A stretch of DNA of 64,000 bases. Source: Myxococcota bacterium. Its GTDB lineage: Bacteria > Myxococcota_A > UBA9160 > JAFDDA01. Below, in pieces: positions 26,476 to 35,963 of the stretch (positions within the stretch are counted from its first letter, which is position 1; each line of letters begins with the position of its first letter). A program made the translations under genes and the position numbers. Under the pieces are notes generated by a model. That model had not been told where the DNA came from and did not search any database. It worked only from the letters and a program-made list of their open reading frames with translations. The stretch lies in contig OZ245817.1 in NCBI GenBank assembly GCA_965228475.1, forward strand, positions 1,216,001 to 1,280,000. The letters run 5' to 3'.

Positions 26476-26983
26476 CGGGTTCGCGAGAGTCCTCGCGGCC
26501 TTCGTCGAGCGCGGCGTGGATTTCGTGGTCGTCGGGGTCGGCGGAATCAACTTCTACGCCCGCACGCCTTCCGACGCCTTTGCCACCCTCGATCTCGACA
26601 CACTCCTGCGGCCCACGGTAGAGACCCTGGCGACGGCGCTCGCGGTGCTCGGCGAGTTGGGGTTCGACCTGGAGGCCGGCGGGGAACCCTTCCTCGACGC
26701 GGAGGACCCGCGGGTGTTGGAAACCCTCGTAGCGCGCGGGGCCAGCCTCTCGGCGATCCACTCCGACGGGACACAGATCGACGTGATGACGTCGATCGCC
26801 GGCTTCGACTATGCGGGGCTGGCGGACGACGCGACGCTCTTCGAGGTCTCGGGGACGCCGGTCCGTGTGGGCCGGCTGACCAAGCTGCTTCGGGCCAAGG
26901 AAGCGGCCGGGCGTCCCAAGGACCTCGACTTCCTTCGTGCCTTCGAGGCGCACCAGCCGAACGAGGAGCCCGAGGGCAGCTAG
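26462..26983 (+). CDS. Minimal nucleotidyltransferase-fold protein (DUF6036/AbiEii-like)
   Basis: DFVVVGVGG...ATLDLD (G + DxD) and a C-terminal LLRAKEAAGRPKD motif. Confidence 0.75.
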   Translation: MPRPSGFARVLAAFVERGVDFVVVGVGGINFYARTPSDAFATLDLDTLLRPTVETLATALAVLGELGFDLEAGGEPFLDAEDPRVLETLVARGASLSAIHSDGTQIDVMTSIAGFDYAGLADDATLFEVSGTPVRVGRLTKLLRAKEAAGRPKDLDFLRAFEAHQPNEEPEGS

Positions 26984-27007
26984 GCAGGAACGTCCCCCTG
27001 GCCAGCG

Positions 27008-29254
27008 CTACGGGAAGAGCACCTTGGCGCGCTTCTCGGCCTTCTCCCACATGCGGATGTAGCCCTCGGCGGACTTGAAGAGGGGCTCGAGCTCCTCGTC
27101 CGTCACGCCGTCGCCGCGGATGTCTTCGATCAGCTCGGGGAACAGGCCGATGTGCGCCATGCCCTCGGTGTTGAAGTCCGCGATGCGGTTGCCGAGCGCC
27201 GGCGGGTGGAAGGTCACGTCGCCCGCGTAGGAGGTGAACGGGTAGGTCACCGGGTCGCTCTGGGGGGAGCTGCATCCGTCGGGGCCGAAGCGCGGCCGCG
27301 GCCCGCCCGCGAATCCGTTCAGGTCGAAGCCGAAGCCCTCGGCCGGGAAGCCCCCGGCATCGCGGATCTGCTGGATGCGGCTCTGATAGCCGTCGTCGAC
27401 GGTGGCCGCCTGGTTCGGGTTGCGGCAGCGGCCGAAGCCCGACTTCGAGACGCCGCCGAGCTCGTAGATCTTGCCCCGGTTGTTCAGGCCGTGGGTTCCC
27501 GCGGCGGGGTAGTCGGCCTCCTCGAGCATCTCGAAGGCCCGCTGGTAGGAGCGGCGGGGGAGGTGATCGACCTCGATGATCATGCCCCGGCGCATCATCT
27601 CCCGGATCAGGAACTCGCCGAGGTCGGTCAGGCCCGTCGCCTGGCACACCTCCTCGTCCGTCGGCCCGGCGAGCAGGTCGAGGACGCCGACCGCGGAGAA
27701 GATCGTCCCGAGCGGGTCGTTCGGGAAGTTGCTGAAGTCGTTGGGTGCGGGGGCGAGGTAGTCGTCGCGCACGTCGATCAGGGCCGAGAAGAAGGAGCGG
27801 CCGCGGTCGAAGACGGTCGGCACGTCGGGGCAGTTCTCGGTCTCGAAGTTCAGCCAGTGGCCCGTCTGCGCGAAGTTCCCGAGCTCGATGATGACCTTGT
27901 CGCCGTCGCCCGCCGAGAAGCCGTTGTCGTACTTGTGGACGGGGAAGAGCGCCCGCACGCCGCGCGCATGGTACTCGTCGAGCGCGTCGAGCACGTCCTG
28001 CTCGCTGCAGCGCTCCTGGCCCGGCGGCGGCGTCAGGTAGCAATCGAACAGGTTCGACGTCTCGATGCCCAGGATCACCGCCATGTTGCCGCGCTCGATC
28101 TCGAGCCGCGCCTCCGCCGGCGACGTGACGACGCGGAACCAGCCCTTGCCGGGGCCGCCCTCCTGGGCGTCGATGTAGTCCTGCATCGCGTAGGTCTCGG
28201 TGATGATGCGATCCACCGCGACCATGTCGTCGCAGGCGTAGCGCGCGCGCTGGGAGCCGAGGCCGGTCGTGAGGTCGCAGATGATCCGGTTCGAGGTCGC
28301 GTGCTGCACCACGAGCCGCAGTCCGGCCAGGTACGCGCGCTCGAGCCAGCGGTAGTACTGGGTCTGGTGGGTCGAGCTCCCCCAGGTGCTCGGCCAGTCC
28401 GTGAACTCCGGCCAGCCCGCCGTCACGTGGTTGGCTTCGACCGTCTCGCCGGTCAGCAGGACGGGCAGGAGCGTCGTGATGTCGCCGTCCATGTTGTCGA
28501 AGCCGAAGCCGAACAGGTCGCGGCGGCCCTCTTCGCCGTGGACGAAGGCGCAGTCGGGGAGGGCGTGCTCGATGCCGAGCGGGTGGAAGGGCGCGCCGTG
28601 GAACATGCCGCCGCCGCCGAAGGCGAAGTTCGAGAGGATGTGGCTGTGGGTGTCGACGACGCCGAAGAGCGATCCGTCCGGGAACTTGTTGCCCTTTGCG
28701 GGGCGGCCCGTGGCGTCGAGCGGGGCCTCGGGGAACTCGGCGCAGCCCGAAACCTCGAGGAGCGTGAACTCCCCGGCCTCGTCGAGGCCGTCGACCAGGC
28801 CCGAGGTGCCGAGGTAGCGGCCCGAGCGGAGCTGCCGCACGCGGAAGCGCGTCTTGTCCTTCGCGTCCTCCGTGAGGATCTCCCACTCGGCCGGCGATTC
28901 GAAGGTGTCGTCGATCAGAACGACGTCCGAGAGCAGCTCGGCGCGGCGGTCGAGGGCGCCGCCGTCGGAGACGAGGTAGGAGCGCTCGTCGTCGTAGAAG
29001 AGGTAGGTGCCGAGGCCCGAGGCCTTGAGGAAGAAGCGGTCGGCCTTCTGGAAGGGGCCGGGCTCGAAGGCGTAGTGGCCATCGCGCGCGGTCAGCCAGG
29101 CGTCCTGCCCGGCGACGCCGACGGCAAAGCAGCGGTTGGCGAGGTGGTAGACCGGAGAGACCTCGGCGCTCGGCGGCGGGGGCTCTTCCGGGAGGCAGCC
29201 TTGGAGAGCGACGACGTGGAGCGCAACGAGGAACGTCAGGGTGTGCTTCAGCAT
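27008..29254 (-). CDS. Amidohydrolase/membrane-dipeptidase (M19)-like lipoprotein, sphingolipid ceramide N-deacylase-like
   Basis: Lipobox LQGC; DTHSH (HxH), HQTQYYRWLERAYLAGLR, YIDAQEGGPGKGWFRVV, AVILGIE, FPVHKYDN, IEVDH, GMAHIGLFPELIED. Confidence 0.72.
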   Translation of the reverse strand: MLKHTLTFLVALHVVALQGCLPEEPPPPSAEVSPVYHLANRCFAVGVAGQDAWLTARDGHYAFEPGPFQKADRFFLKASGLGTYLFYDDERSYLVSDGGALDRRAELLSDVVLIDDTFESPAEWEILTEDAKDKTRFRVRQLRSGRYLGTSGLVDGLDEAGEFTLLEVSGCAEFPEAPLDATGRPAKGNKFPDGSLFGVVDTHSHILSNFAFGGGGMFHGAPFHPLGIEHALPDCAFVHGEEGRRDLFGFGFDNMDGDITTLLPVLLTGETVEANHVTAGWPEFTDWPSTWGSSTHQTQYYRWLERAYLAGLRLVVQHATSNRIICDLTTGLGSQRARYACDDMVAVDRIITETYAMQDYIDAQEGGPGKGWFRVVTSPAEARLEIERGNMAVILGIETSNLFDCYLTPPPGQERCSEQDVLDALDEYHARGVRALFPVHKYDNGFSAGDGDKVIIELGNFAQTGHWLNFETENCPDVPTVFDRGRSFFSALIDVRDDYLAPAPNDFSNFPNDPLGTIFSAVGVLDLLAGPTDEEVCQATGLTDLGEFLIREMMRRGMIIEVDHLPRRSYQRAFEMLEEADYPAAGTHGLNNRGKIYELGGVSKSGFGRCRNPNQAATVDDGYQSRIQQIRDAGGFPAEGFGFDLNGFAGGPRPRFGPDGCSSPQSDPVTYPFTSYAGDVTFHPPALGNRIADFNTEGMAHIGLFPELIEDIRGDGVTDEELEPLFKSAEGYIRMWEKAEKRAKVLFP

Positions 29255-29403
29255 GGCCGCACAGTACCTGAACGAGCGGTAAAACGTCTACCGAACCGGC
29301 ATTCCCGGAGTTGCCGTTCGGATGCACGGCGCCGACGTTGGCGAGTTGCGGGCGAAGTTCGTGCGAAGACCCACCAGGAACTGGAGTTCGTGCTCCACTC
29401 CGG

Positions 29404-30420
29404 TCAGGGCTCGACCGTCCAGGTGGCGCCGCCCTCGAGCAGCGCCTTCAGGTCGCCGGCGCCGCGGTCGGCGATGGCGTCCTCGACCTGCTGGGTGAGC
29501 AGGCCGTCGTAGGTGGCCCGCTCGACCTCGCGGAAGATCCCGACCGGGGTCGGGAAGTGGGGCGGGGCCATGCTGCCGAGGGCGAAGGCGTAGGAGACGC
29601 TCGGCGAGAAGTCGTCGTGCACGACGATGCCCGCCTCGACGGGGTCCGCGTCGTCGGCCAGGGGGACGACGACCGGCGTTCCGTCTTCGATGCGAATGCC
29701 GCGCCGCGACCCCGGCGCTCCGTAGACGAGCGGCTCGCCGTGGATCAGCTGGAGGGCGAAGTCGCTGCGCGTGGATTTGTTCTCGACCTGCTCCCATTCG
29801 CCGTCGTTGTAGACCGGGCAGTTCTGCAGGATCTCGATGAAGGCCGTGCCCGAGTGGGCGTGGGCGCGCCGCAGCATCTCCTGGAGGTGCTTGGCGTCGA
29901 CGTCGACGGTGCGTGCCACGAAGGTCGCGCCGGCGGCCAGGGCGAAGCTCACCGGGTCCACGGGGTAGTCGATGGCGCCGCCCGGTGACGACTTCGTCTT
30001 CATGCCCGGGAGCGACGTCGGCGAGTACTGCCCCTTCGTGAGCCCGTAGACGCGGTTGTTGAAGAGCAGGATCTGGAGGTCGACGTTGCGGCGGATCGTG
30101 TGCAGCATGTGGTTGCCGCCGATCGAGAGCCCGTCGCCGTCGCCCGTGATCACCCAGACCGAGAGCTCCGGGCGCGCGGCCTTCATGCCCGTCGCGAAGG
30201 CCGGGGCGCGGCCGTGGATGGTGTGGAAGCCGTAGGTGTTCATGTAGTAGGGGAAGCGGCTCGAGCACCCGATCCCCGAGACGAAGACGACGTTCTCGCG
30301 CGCGACGCCGAGCTCCGGCATCACCTTCTGCACGTTCGACAGGACCGAGTAGTCCCCGCAGCCCGGGCACCAGCGCACTTCCTGGTTCGAGACGAAGTCC
30401 TTCCGGACGAGTGTGCTCAC
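29404..30420 (-). CDS. korB: 2-oxoacid:ferredoxin oxidoreductase beta subunit
   Basis: WCPGCGD, SGIGCSSR, HTIHGRA, TGDGDGLSIGGNH, NNRVYGLTKGQYSPT. Confidence 0.95.
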   Translation of the reverse strand: MSTLVRKDFVSNQEVRWCPGCGDYSVLSNVQKVMPELGVARENVVFVSGIGCSSRFPYYMNTYGFHTIHGRAPAFATGMKAARPELSVWVITGDGDGLSIGGNHMLHTIRRNVDLQILLFNNRVYGLTKGQYSPTSLPGMKTKSSPGGAIDYPVDPVSFALAAGATFVARTVDVDAKHLQEMLRRAHAHSGTAFIEILQNCPVYNDGEWEQVENKSTRSDFALQLIHGEPLVYGAPGSRRGIRIEDGTPVVVPLADDADPVEAGIVVHDDFSPSVSYAFALGSMAPPHFPTPVGIFREVERATYDGLLTQQVEDAIADRGAGDLKALLEGGATWTVEP

Positions 30421-30436
30421 GAAGAACGTCTCCTGC

Positions 30437-32305
30437 TCACGAACTCTCTCCGAGCATCGCGTCGATCCGTTCCCGGATCTCGCCGACCTTGAACGGCTGG
30501 CCCGAGACCTTGGTCAGGGAGTCGGCGGGCGCGAGGAACTCCGAGCGCAGGAGCTGCGAGAGCTGCCCGAGGTTCAGCTCCGGCACGAGGATGCGCTCGA
30601 AGTTGCCGAGCAGCTCGCCGAGGTTGCTCGGGAAGGGGTTCATGTGGCGCAGGTGCAGGTTCGAGACCGGGAGCCCCGCCTCGCGCGCGTTCTCGCAGGC
30701 CTCGGTGATGGCCCCGTGCGTACCGCCCCAGCCGACCACGAGGAGCTTCCCGCGCGGCGGTCCGGTGACCTCCGCCTCCGGCAGGTTGCGGGCGATCCGC
30801 GCGATCTTCTCGGCCCGCAGCCGCACCATCGTGTCGTGGTTCGCCGGGTCGTAGGAGACGTGGCCCGTGCGGTCGGCCTTCTCGAGCCCGCCGACGCGGT
30901 GCTCGAGGCCCGGCGTCCCGGGAACCGCCCAGGGGCGCGCCAGGGTCTCCGGGTCGCGGTCGTAGGGAAGGAAGGCGTCCGGGTCGCCCTCGGCGTAGTG
31001 CACCTCGCCGCGCAGGAGCGTGTCGACGTCGGGCACCGGCCAGGGCTCGGAGCTCGTCGCGAGGTAGCCGTCCGAGAGCATCACCACCGGCGTCATGTAC
31101 CGGACCGCCATCTGGAAGGCTTCGAGCACGGTGTAGAAGCAATCGCCCGGCGTCGAGGCGGCGATCACGGGGATCGGGCTGTCACTGTTGCGCCCGTGCA
31201 GGGCCAGCAGGAGGTCCGCCTGCTCAGTCTTGGTCGGCAGGCCCGTCGAGGGGCCGCCGCGCTGGATGTCGACGACCACCAGCGGGAGCTCCGCCATCAC
31301 CGCAAGGCCGAGGGCCTCCTGCTTCAGCACGAAGCCCGGACCGCTCGTCGTCGTGATGCCGAGCTGGCCGACGAAGCTTGCGCCGATCGACGAGCTGATC
31401 GCCGCGATCTCGTCCTCGGCCTGGAAGGTCTTGATGCCGAAGTGCCGGAAGCGCGCGAGCTCGTGGAGCACGTCGCTGGCCGGGGTGATCGGGTAGGCGC
31501 CGAGGAAGATCGGCCGGTCGAAGCGCGAGGCGGCCGCCACGATGCCCCAGGCCACGGCCTGGTTGCCCGTGATGTTGCGGTAGAGGCCGGGCTGGATCTT
31601 CGCGCGCGGCACGACGTAGGAGACGGGGAAGAGCTCCGTGGTCTCCCCGAAGTGGAAGCCCGTCTTCAGCGCGCGGACGTTCGCTTCGCCGACCACGCCG
31701 GGAAAGCGGCCCGTGATCCAGTCGACGGTCGGCTCGATCGGCCGGTCGTAGAGCCAGTACATCAGGCCGAGCGCGAAGAAGTTCTTGCAGCGGTCGGCTT
31801 CACGCGAGCTCAGCTCGAGGTCCTTCAGGGCTTCGCGGTTCAGCTTCGTGACCGGGATCTCGACGACCTTGAAGCGATCGTGCAGCCCTTCGAGCGGGTC
31901 GCCCTCGTAGCCGGCGCGCTCCACGTTGCGCGGCGTGAAGGCGTCGAGGTTCACGATCACCATGCCGCCCGGGCGGACGTCGTCGATGTTCGCGCGCAGG
32001 GCCGCCGGGTTGAAGGCGACGAGCACGTCCGGCTGGTCGGCCGGGGTGCGAACGTCGCGCGAGGAGAAATGGATCTGGAAGCCCGAGACGCCTGCGAGGG
32101 TGCCGGCGGGCGCGCGGATCTCCGCGGGGAAATCGGGGAAGGTCGAGAGGTCGTTGCCGGCGAGCGCGGTGGCTTCGGTGAACTTCGAGCCCGTGAGCTG
32201 CATGCCGTCGCCGGAATCGCCGGTAAAGCGGATGGCGACGCGGTCGACTTCTTCGACCGTCTTCCGAGGAGCCGTCTCTCCGACTTCTTCGGTCTGGTTG
32301 GCCAC
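30437..32305 (-). CDS. korA: 2-oxoacid:ferredoxin oxidoreductase alpha subunit (fused gamma-alpha)
   Basis: GDSGDGMQLTG, FPAEIRAPAGT, YPITPASD, QAEDEIAA, QRGGPSTGLPTKTEQADL. GTG start at 32305 (VANQTEE). Confidence 0.95.
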   Translation of the reverse strand: MANQTEEVGETAPRKTVEEVDRVAIRFTGDSGDGMQLTGSKFTEATALAGNDLSTFPDFPAEIRAPAGTLAGVSGFQIHFSSRDVRTPADQPDVLVAFNPAALRANIDDVRPGGMVIVNLDAFTPRNVERAGYEGDPLEGLHDRFKVVEIPVTKLNREALKDLELSSREADRCKNFFALGLMYWLYDRPIEPTVDWITGRFPGVVGEANVRALKTGFHFGETTELFPVSYVVPRAKIQPGLYRNITGNQAVAWGIVAAASRFDRPIFLGAYPITPASDVLHELARFRHFGIKTFQAEDEIAAISSSIGASFVGQLGITTTSGPGFVLKQEALGLAVMAELPLVVVDIQRGGPSTGLPTKTEQADLLLALHGRNSDSPIPVIAASTPGDCFYTVLEAFQMAVRYMTPVVMLSDGYLATSSEPWPVPDVDTLLRGEVHYAEGDPDAFLPYDRDPETLARPWAVPGTPGLEHRVGGLEKADRTGHVSYDPANHDTMVRLRAEKIARIARNLPEAEVTGPPRGKLLVVGWGGTHGAITEACENAREAGLPVSNLHLRHMNPFPSNLGELLGNFERILVPELNLGQLSQLLRSEFLAPADSLTKVSGQPFKVGEIRERIDAMLGESS

Positions 32306-32531
32306 CGAGGCTCGGCTCCCAAGGGCGCGGTGAGCGGATCCGAATTCGCGTTCGATTGTATCGGTCCCACCCGAGAGCGAAAGCCTACGGCGGCCCAAAA
32401 CTGCGCGTACGCTGCGGCCCGGGCGCACGCGGGCCCGTCCGGCGGAAACCCTCCCGGGGCGCCGGGTTCCCGGGCCCGGCTGCGGTGCCGGTGCGCTCAA
32501 GTGGGGCCCGGGCTGGGCCGATACCCGGAGC

Positions 32532-33197
32532 ATGTTCGTCCCGCTGGAAGAGGCCCGCTGGCCGGAGGCCGGCGAGGTGCGCGACCTGCGCATTTCGCTG
32601 AACGCCCCGGTCTTGCTGGGGACGCGCTCGGCCGAGGCCGAAGCGCGGCCGCTCTCGGATCCGACCCGGGCGGCGCTCGGTTGGCTGCCCGCCGAGGGCG
32701 AGGTCTCCCTCGTCCGGCTCTGGCTGCGAAGCGAATCCGGCGCGGAGGCCGTTCGGGCCTTCGAGTTCCGCCAGCGCCCGGTGGGCCCCGCGGCCCGGGC
32801 CCGCGCGCTCGAGGCCGCCGAGAACTATCTGGCCGGCCTGGGCTTTCTCTTCCCCGACGCCGAGGCCGCCGCCGCGGCCGCGAAGCTCGACGCCGCCTTC
32901 GTGCCGATCCGTCCGATGGGGGTCCCCGAGCGTCCGATGGGGGTCCCCGAGCCGCCGGCCGGCCCGCCCGCTGCCAACGCATCGCCGGCGCCCGGCACCG
33001 AGCCTCGCGCTCCCCGTCCCCCGGCCGCCTCGTCCCCCGACCGCCGGGCGATCCGCTCCGACGGACCGCTGGCCAAGTTTCGCGCCCGGCCCGGCGCCGA
33101 CGCCGCGCCCGGCCCGCGCCGCTCGCCACGCTTGCTGGACCGGCTTGCCCGGTCCCTCGGTTTCAAGTCCGCCGACCCTGGAGGAGTCCAATCATGA
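32532..33197 (+). CDS. Hypothetical protein preceding the tgl-like gene
   Basis: ATGA-coupled to the TPR lipoprotein gene; globular N-half (SLNAP...EAAENYLAGLGF) and a Pro/Ala-rich C-half. Confidence 0.55.
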   Translation: MFVPLEEARWPEAGEVRDLRISLNAPVLLGTRSAEAEARPLSDPTRAALGWLPAEGEVSLVRLWLRSESGAEAVRAFEFRQRPVGPAARARALEAAENYLAGLGFLFPDAEAAAAAAKLDAAFVPIRPMGVPERPMGVPEPPAGPPAANASPAPGTEPRAPRPPAASSPDRRAIRSDGPLAKFRARPGADAAPGPRRSPRLLDRLARSLGFKSADPGGVQS

Positions 33198-34048
33198 CGT
33201 TCCGTCCCTGCACCGCTGCGCCCGGCCTCGGCACTTCGACCCGCCTCGCCCTGGTGGCCCTCGCCCTGGTCCTGGCCGGCGGCTGCGCGTCGACGCCCCC
33301 GCCCCCGCCCCCGCAGCCGGCGGCGCGCGCCAACGTCGACCCGGACGACCTCTCGGCCTGGGAGCGGGAGACCCGCAGCCGCGCCCACTACGACCTCGGC
33401 GTCGACCACCTGACGAAGGGCCAGACGGCCCTCGCCCTGCGCGAGTTCCTCTCGTCGCTCGAGTACAGCCCGGACGACCCGTGGATCCACCTGGGGCTCG
33501 GCGAGTGCTACCGCCGCAAGAGCATCTACGACAAGGCCGAGTTCCATCTGCTGCGCGCGATCGAGATGAAGTCGCACTTCCAGACCGCCCAGCTGAACCT
33601 CTCGGCGCTCTACATCCACATGGAGCGCTACGAGGAAGCGGCGGAGTGGAGCGAGAAGCTGATCGAGGATCCCACGTACCCGGCACCCTGGCGCGCCTAC
33701 AACAACCTCGGTTGGGCGATGCTGCGCTCCGGCCAGGTCGAGGAGGGCCGCCAGGCCCTCGAGACGGCGCTCGAGTACGACGACGGCTTCTGGCCGGCTC
33801 ACCTGAATCTTGGCATCCTCGAAAGCGAGGCGGGCCGGAAGCGGGAAGCCATCGAGCACTTCGAGAAGGTGCTCGAGCGCAACTCCGGGCCCTTTGCACA
33901 GGCTGAGGCGCGCTATCGCATGGGCGAGGTGTTCGTTGCACTCGGGAATCGCGACCGGGCGCTCGAGCACTTCACCAAGGCGGCCGACAGCCCGGCGGGT
34001 GGGCAGTGGGGCAAGAAATCGCAGGACTACCTGAAGCTGCTGCAGTAG
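33194..34048 (+). CDS. TPR lipoprotein, type IV pilus pilotin (Tgl/PilF/PilW-like)
   Basis: SD gaggag; lipobox LAGGC; multiple TPRs; DPTYPAPWRAYNNLGWA motif typical of PilF/Tgl; followed by a RodZ-like gene. Confidence 0.78.
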   Translation: MTFRPCTAAPGLGTSTRLALVALALVLAGGCASTPPPPPPQPAARANVDPDDLSAWERETRSRAHYDLGVDHLTKGQTALALREFLSSLEYSPDDPWIHLGLGECYRRKSIYDKAEFHLLRAIEMKSHFQTAQLNLSALYIHMERYEEAAEWSEKLIEDPTYPAPWRAYNNLGWAMLRSGQVEEGRQALETALEYDDGFWPAHLNLGILESEAGRKREAIEHFEKVLERNSGPFAQAEARYRMGEVFVALGNRDRALEHFTKAADSPAGGQWGKKSQDYLKLLQ

Positions 34049-34554
34049 GCGTCGCGGCCGGGCACGAGCCCGAGCCGATCGGTGCCTATCTTTCGCGGCA
34101 GCGGCGTCTGCGCGGGATCTCCCTGGACGAGCTCGCGGGCGTGACGTGCATTCCCCTGCGCTCCCTCGAACGGCTCGAGTCCGGCGCCTTCGACGAGACG
34201 CCGGACGGCTTCGCCCGCGGCTTCGTGCGCACCGTCGCCCTGGCGCTCGGGCTCGACCCCGACGAGACCGTCAGCCGGATGCTGCCCGAGGTGACGCCCG
34301 GGATGCGTCGGCCGGGCATGCCGCTACCGGCGCCCGGCCATCCTCTGGCCTTTCTCGTCGGAGGCCTGCTGCTCCTGGCGCTCGCCGGGATCGGCTTCGT
34401 CGAATGGCGCGCCCCGGCGGCGACGCCCGAGGATCTCGAGGGCCAGTACGTCTACCGGCGTGACGCGATCCGGGAGCTCGCGCGCGAGAGCGCGGCCCCC
34501 CGGGCGGACGCTCTCGCCCCGGCCGATGAGGTTCTCGCCCCGACGGCTCCCTGA
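34006..34554 (+). CDS. RodZ-like HTH + single transmembrane protein (short)
   Basis: IGAYLSRQRRLRGISLDELAGVTCI...LESGAF...FARGFVRTVALALGLD (RodZ/HTH_25), then a TM segment. Start uncertain. Confidence 0.75.
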   Translation: MGQEIAGLPEAAAVGVAAGHEPEPIGAYLSRQRRLRGISLDELAGVTCIPLRSLERLESGAFDETPDGFARGFVRTVALALGLDPDETVSRMLPEVTPGMRRPGMPLPAPGHPLAFLVGGLLLLALAGIGFVEWRAPAATPEDLEGQYVYRRDAIRELARESAAPRADALAPADEVLAPTAP

Positions 34555-34578
34555 CCCGACGAGGGCTAACCTCCCGCC

Positions 34579-35346
34579 ATGCGAACCTACCGCTGCGAGG
34601 CCTTGATCCTGCGGGCGGTCGATTTCGGGGAGTCGGACAAGATCGTCCACCTGCTGACGCCCGAGACGGGCCGCATCACCGCGATCGCGAAGGGCGCCAA
34701 GCGCAGCGTGAAGCGCTTCGGGGGCACCCTCGACTTCTTCAACCTGCTGAAGATCCAGATGGTGCAGCGCCGGGCCCACCAGATGGCGCGGCTCGAACAG
34801 ACGCGGCTCCTCCACACCTACGACGGCCTCCGCACGAAGCCGCGCTCCTTCGCCCTCGGCTGCTACCTGCTCGAGCTGCTCGACCGCCTGGCGCCCCAGG
34901 GTGGGGCGCCCGCGGACCTCGCGCGGCTCTTCCGCTTCGCCCGGACGGCGCTGGCGACTCTCGAGGCGGGGGACCCGGACCCGCGCCTGCGCACCTGGAT
35001 CGAACTCTGTGCCCTCGACGCCCTCGGTCTCCGGCCCGAGCTGCGGCGCTGCGTGCGCTGCGGGAAGGAGGCCTCGGGGCCGCGGGTCGGCTTCTCCGTT
35101 CCGGACGGCGGGCCGGTCTGCACCGGATGCGCTCCAACGGCGGGGGACCTCCTCCCGGTCCACCTCGGCACGCTGCGCGCCCTCGAGCAGGGCCTCCGCC
35201 TCGGTCTCGGCCGGGCGGGCCGTCTGGCCCTCCAGCCCGAGGCCCTCGAGGAGGCGCGCCGCCTGCTCGGCCGCTTCGAGCGCTTCCACGTGGGCGTGGA
35301 ACTCCGCAGCCAGCGCTTCCTCGAGCAGCTGATGGTCCGGGCTTGA
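34579..35346 (+). CDS. recO: DNA repair protein RecO
   Basis: ALILRAVDFGESDKIV, AKGAKRSVKRFGGTL, zinc motif CVRC...CTGC. Confidence 0.95.
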   Translation: MRTYRCEALILRAVDFGESDKIVHLLTPETGRITAIAKGAKRSVKRFGGTLDFFNLLKIQMVQRRAHQMARLEQTRLLHTYDGLRTKPRSFALGCYLLELLDRLAPQGGAPADLARLFRFARTALATLEAGDPDPRLRTWIELCALDALGLRPELRRCVRCGKEASGPRVGFSVPDGGPVCTGCAPTAGDLLPVHLGTLRALEQGLRLGLGRAGRLALQPEALEEARRLLGRFERFHVGVELRSQRFLEQLMVRA

Positions 35347-35348
35347 CG

Positions 35349-35384
35349 GAACAGATTGACTAGATCTGTCTCATCTGTTCTGAT
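35349..35384 (+). promoter_or_regulatory. Palindromic TetR operator overlapping a putative promoter
   Basis: GAACAGAT (35349-56) / ATCTGTTC (35373-80) inverted repeat; TTGACT (35356-61), 17 nt, TCTGAT (35379-84), 6 nt before the TetR ATG. Confidence 0.6.
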
Positions 35385-35390
35385 TCGGGC

Positions 35391-35963
35391 ATGGAAGCCA
35401 CTCCCGAGAATCCCCGCGATCGGACCCGCCTGAAGATCCTGGCCGGCGCTGCGGACGCGGTTGCCCGCCACGGCCTCGCGAAGCTCGACATGGGCGACGT
35501 CTCGGCGAGCGCCGGGGTCTCGCGGGGAACGGTCTACCGCTACTTCGAGGGGCGGGACGCCCTGCTCGACGCCCTCGCCATCCACGAGGCGCTCCAGTTC
35601 TGGAAGGGGTGCCTCGACGCCCTCGGCGAGGCCTCCGACGAACGGCGGGTCGAGATCCTCGTCCTCCAGGCGACGCGTCAGGTTCACGAACACGCGGCCC
35701 TGCGCCGGATCCTCGAGACCGACCCGGGCCTCGTGCTCTCGGCCCTGCGCGCCCAGTTCCCGCGCATCCGCGGACAGCTCGGGCGGCTCCTCGCGCCGCA
35801 GCTCCGCGCGTCTTCCTGGGTGGGGGAGGGCGTCGTGCGCGAGGAGGAGCTCGCCGACTGGATCACGCGCTTGATGATCTCGGCCTTCCTGATCCCGCCC
35901 GAGGCGCCCGACGCGCTCGCGCGAGGGCTCGGTGCGGTGTTGCGCCCGGAGGCCCGGCGGTGA
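35391..35963 (+). CDS. TetR/AcrR family transcriptional regulator
   Basis: N-terminal HTH ...MGDVSASAGVSRGTVYRYF. Confidence 0.9.
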   Translation: MEATPENPRDRTRLKILAGAADAVARHGLAKLDMGDVSASAGVSRGTVYRYFEGRDALLDALAIHEALQFWKGCLDALGEASDERRVEILVLQATRQVHEHAALRRILETDPGLVLSALRAQFPRIRGQLGRLLAPQLRASSWVGEGVVREEELADWITRLMISAFLIPPEAPDALARGLGAVLRPEARR

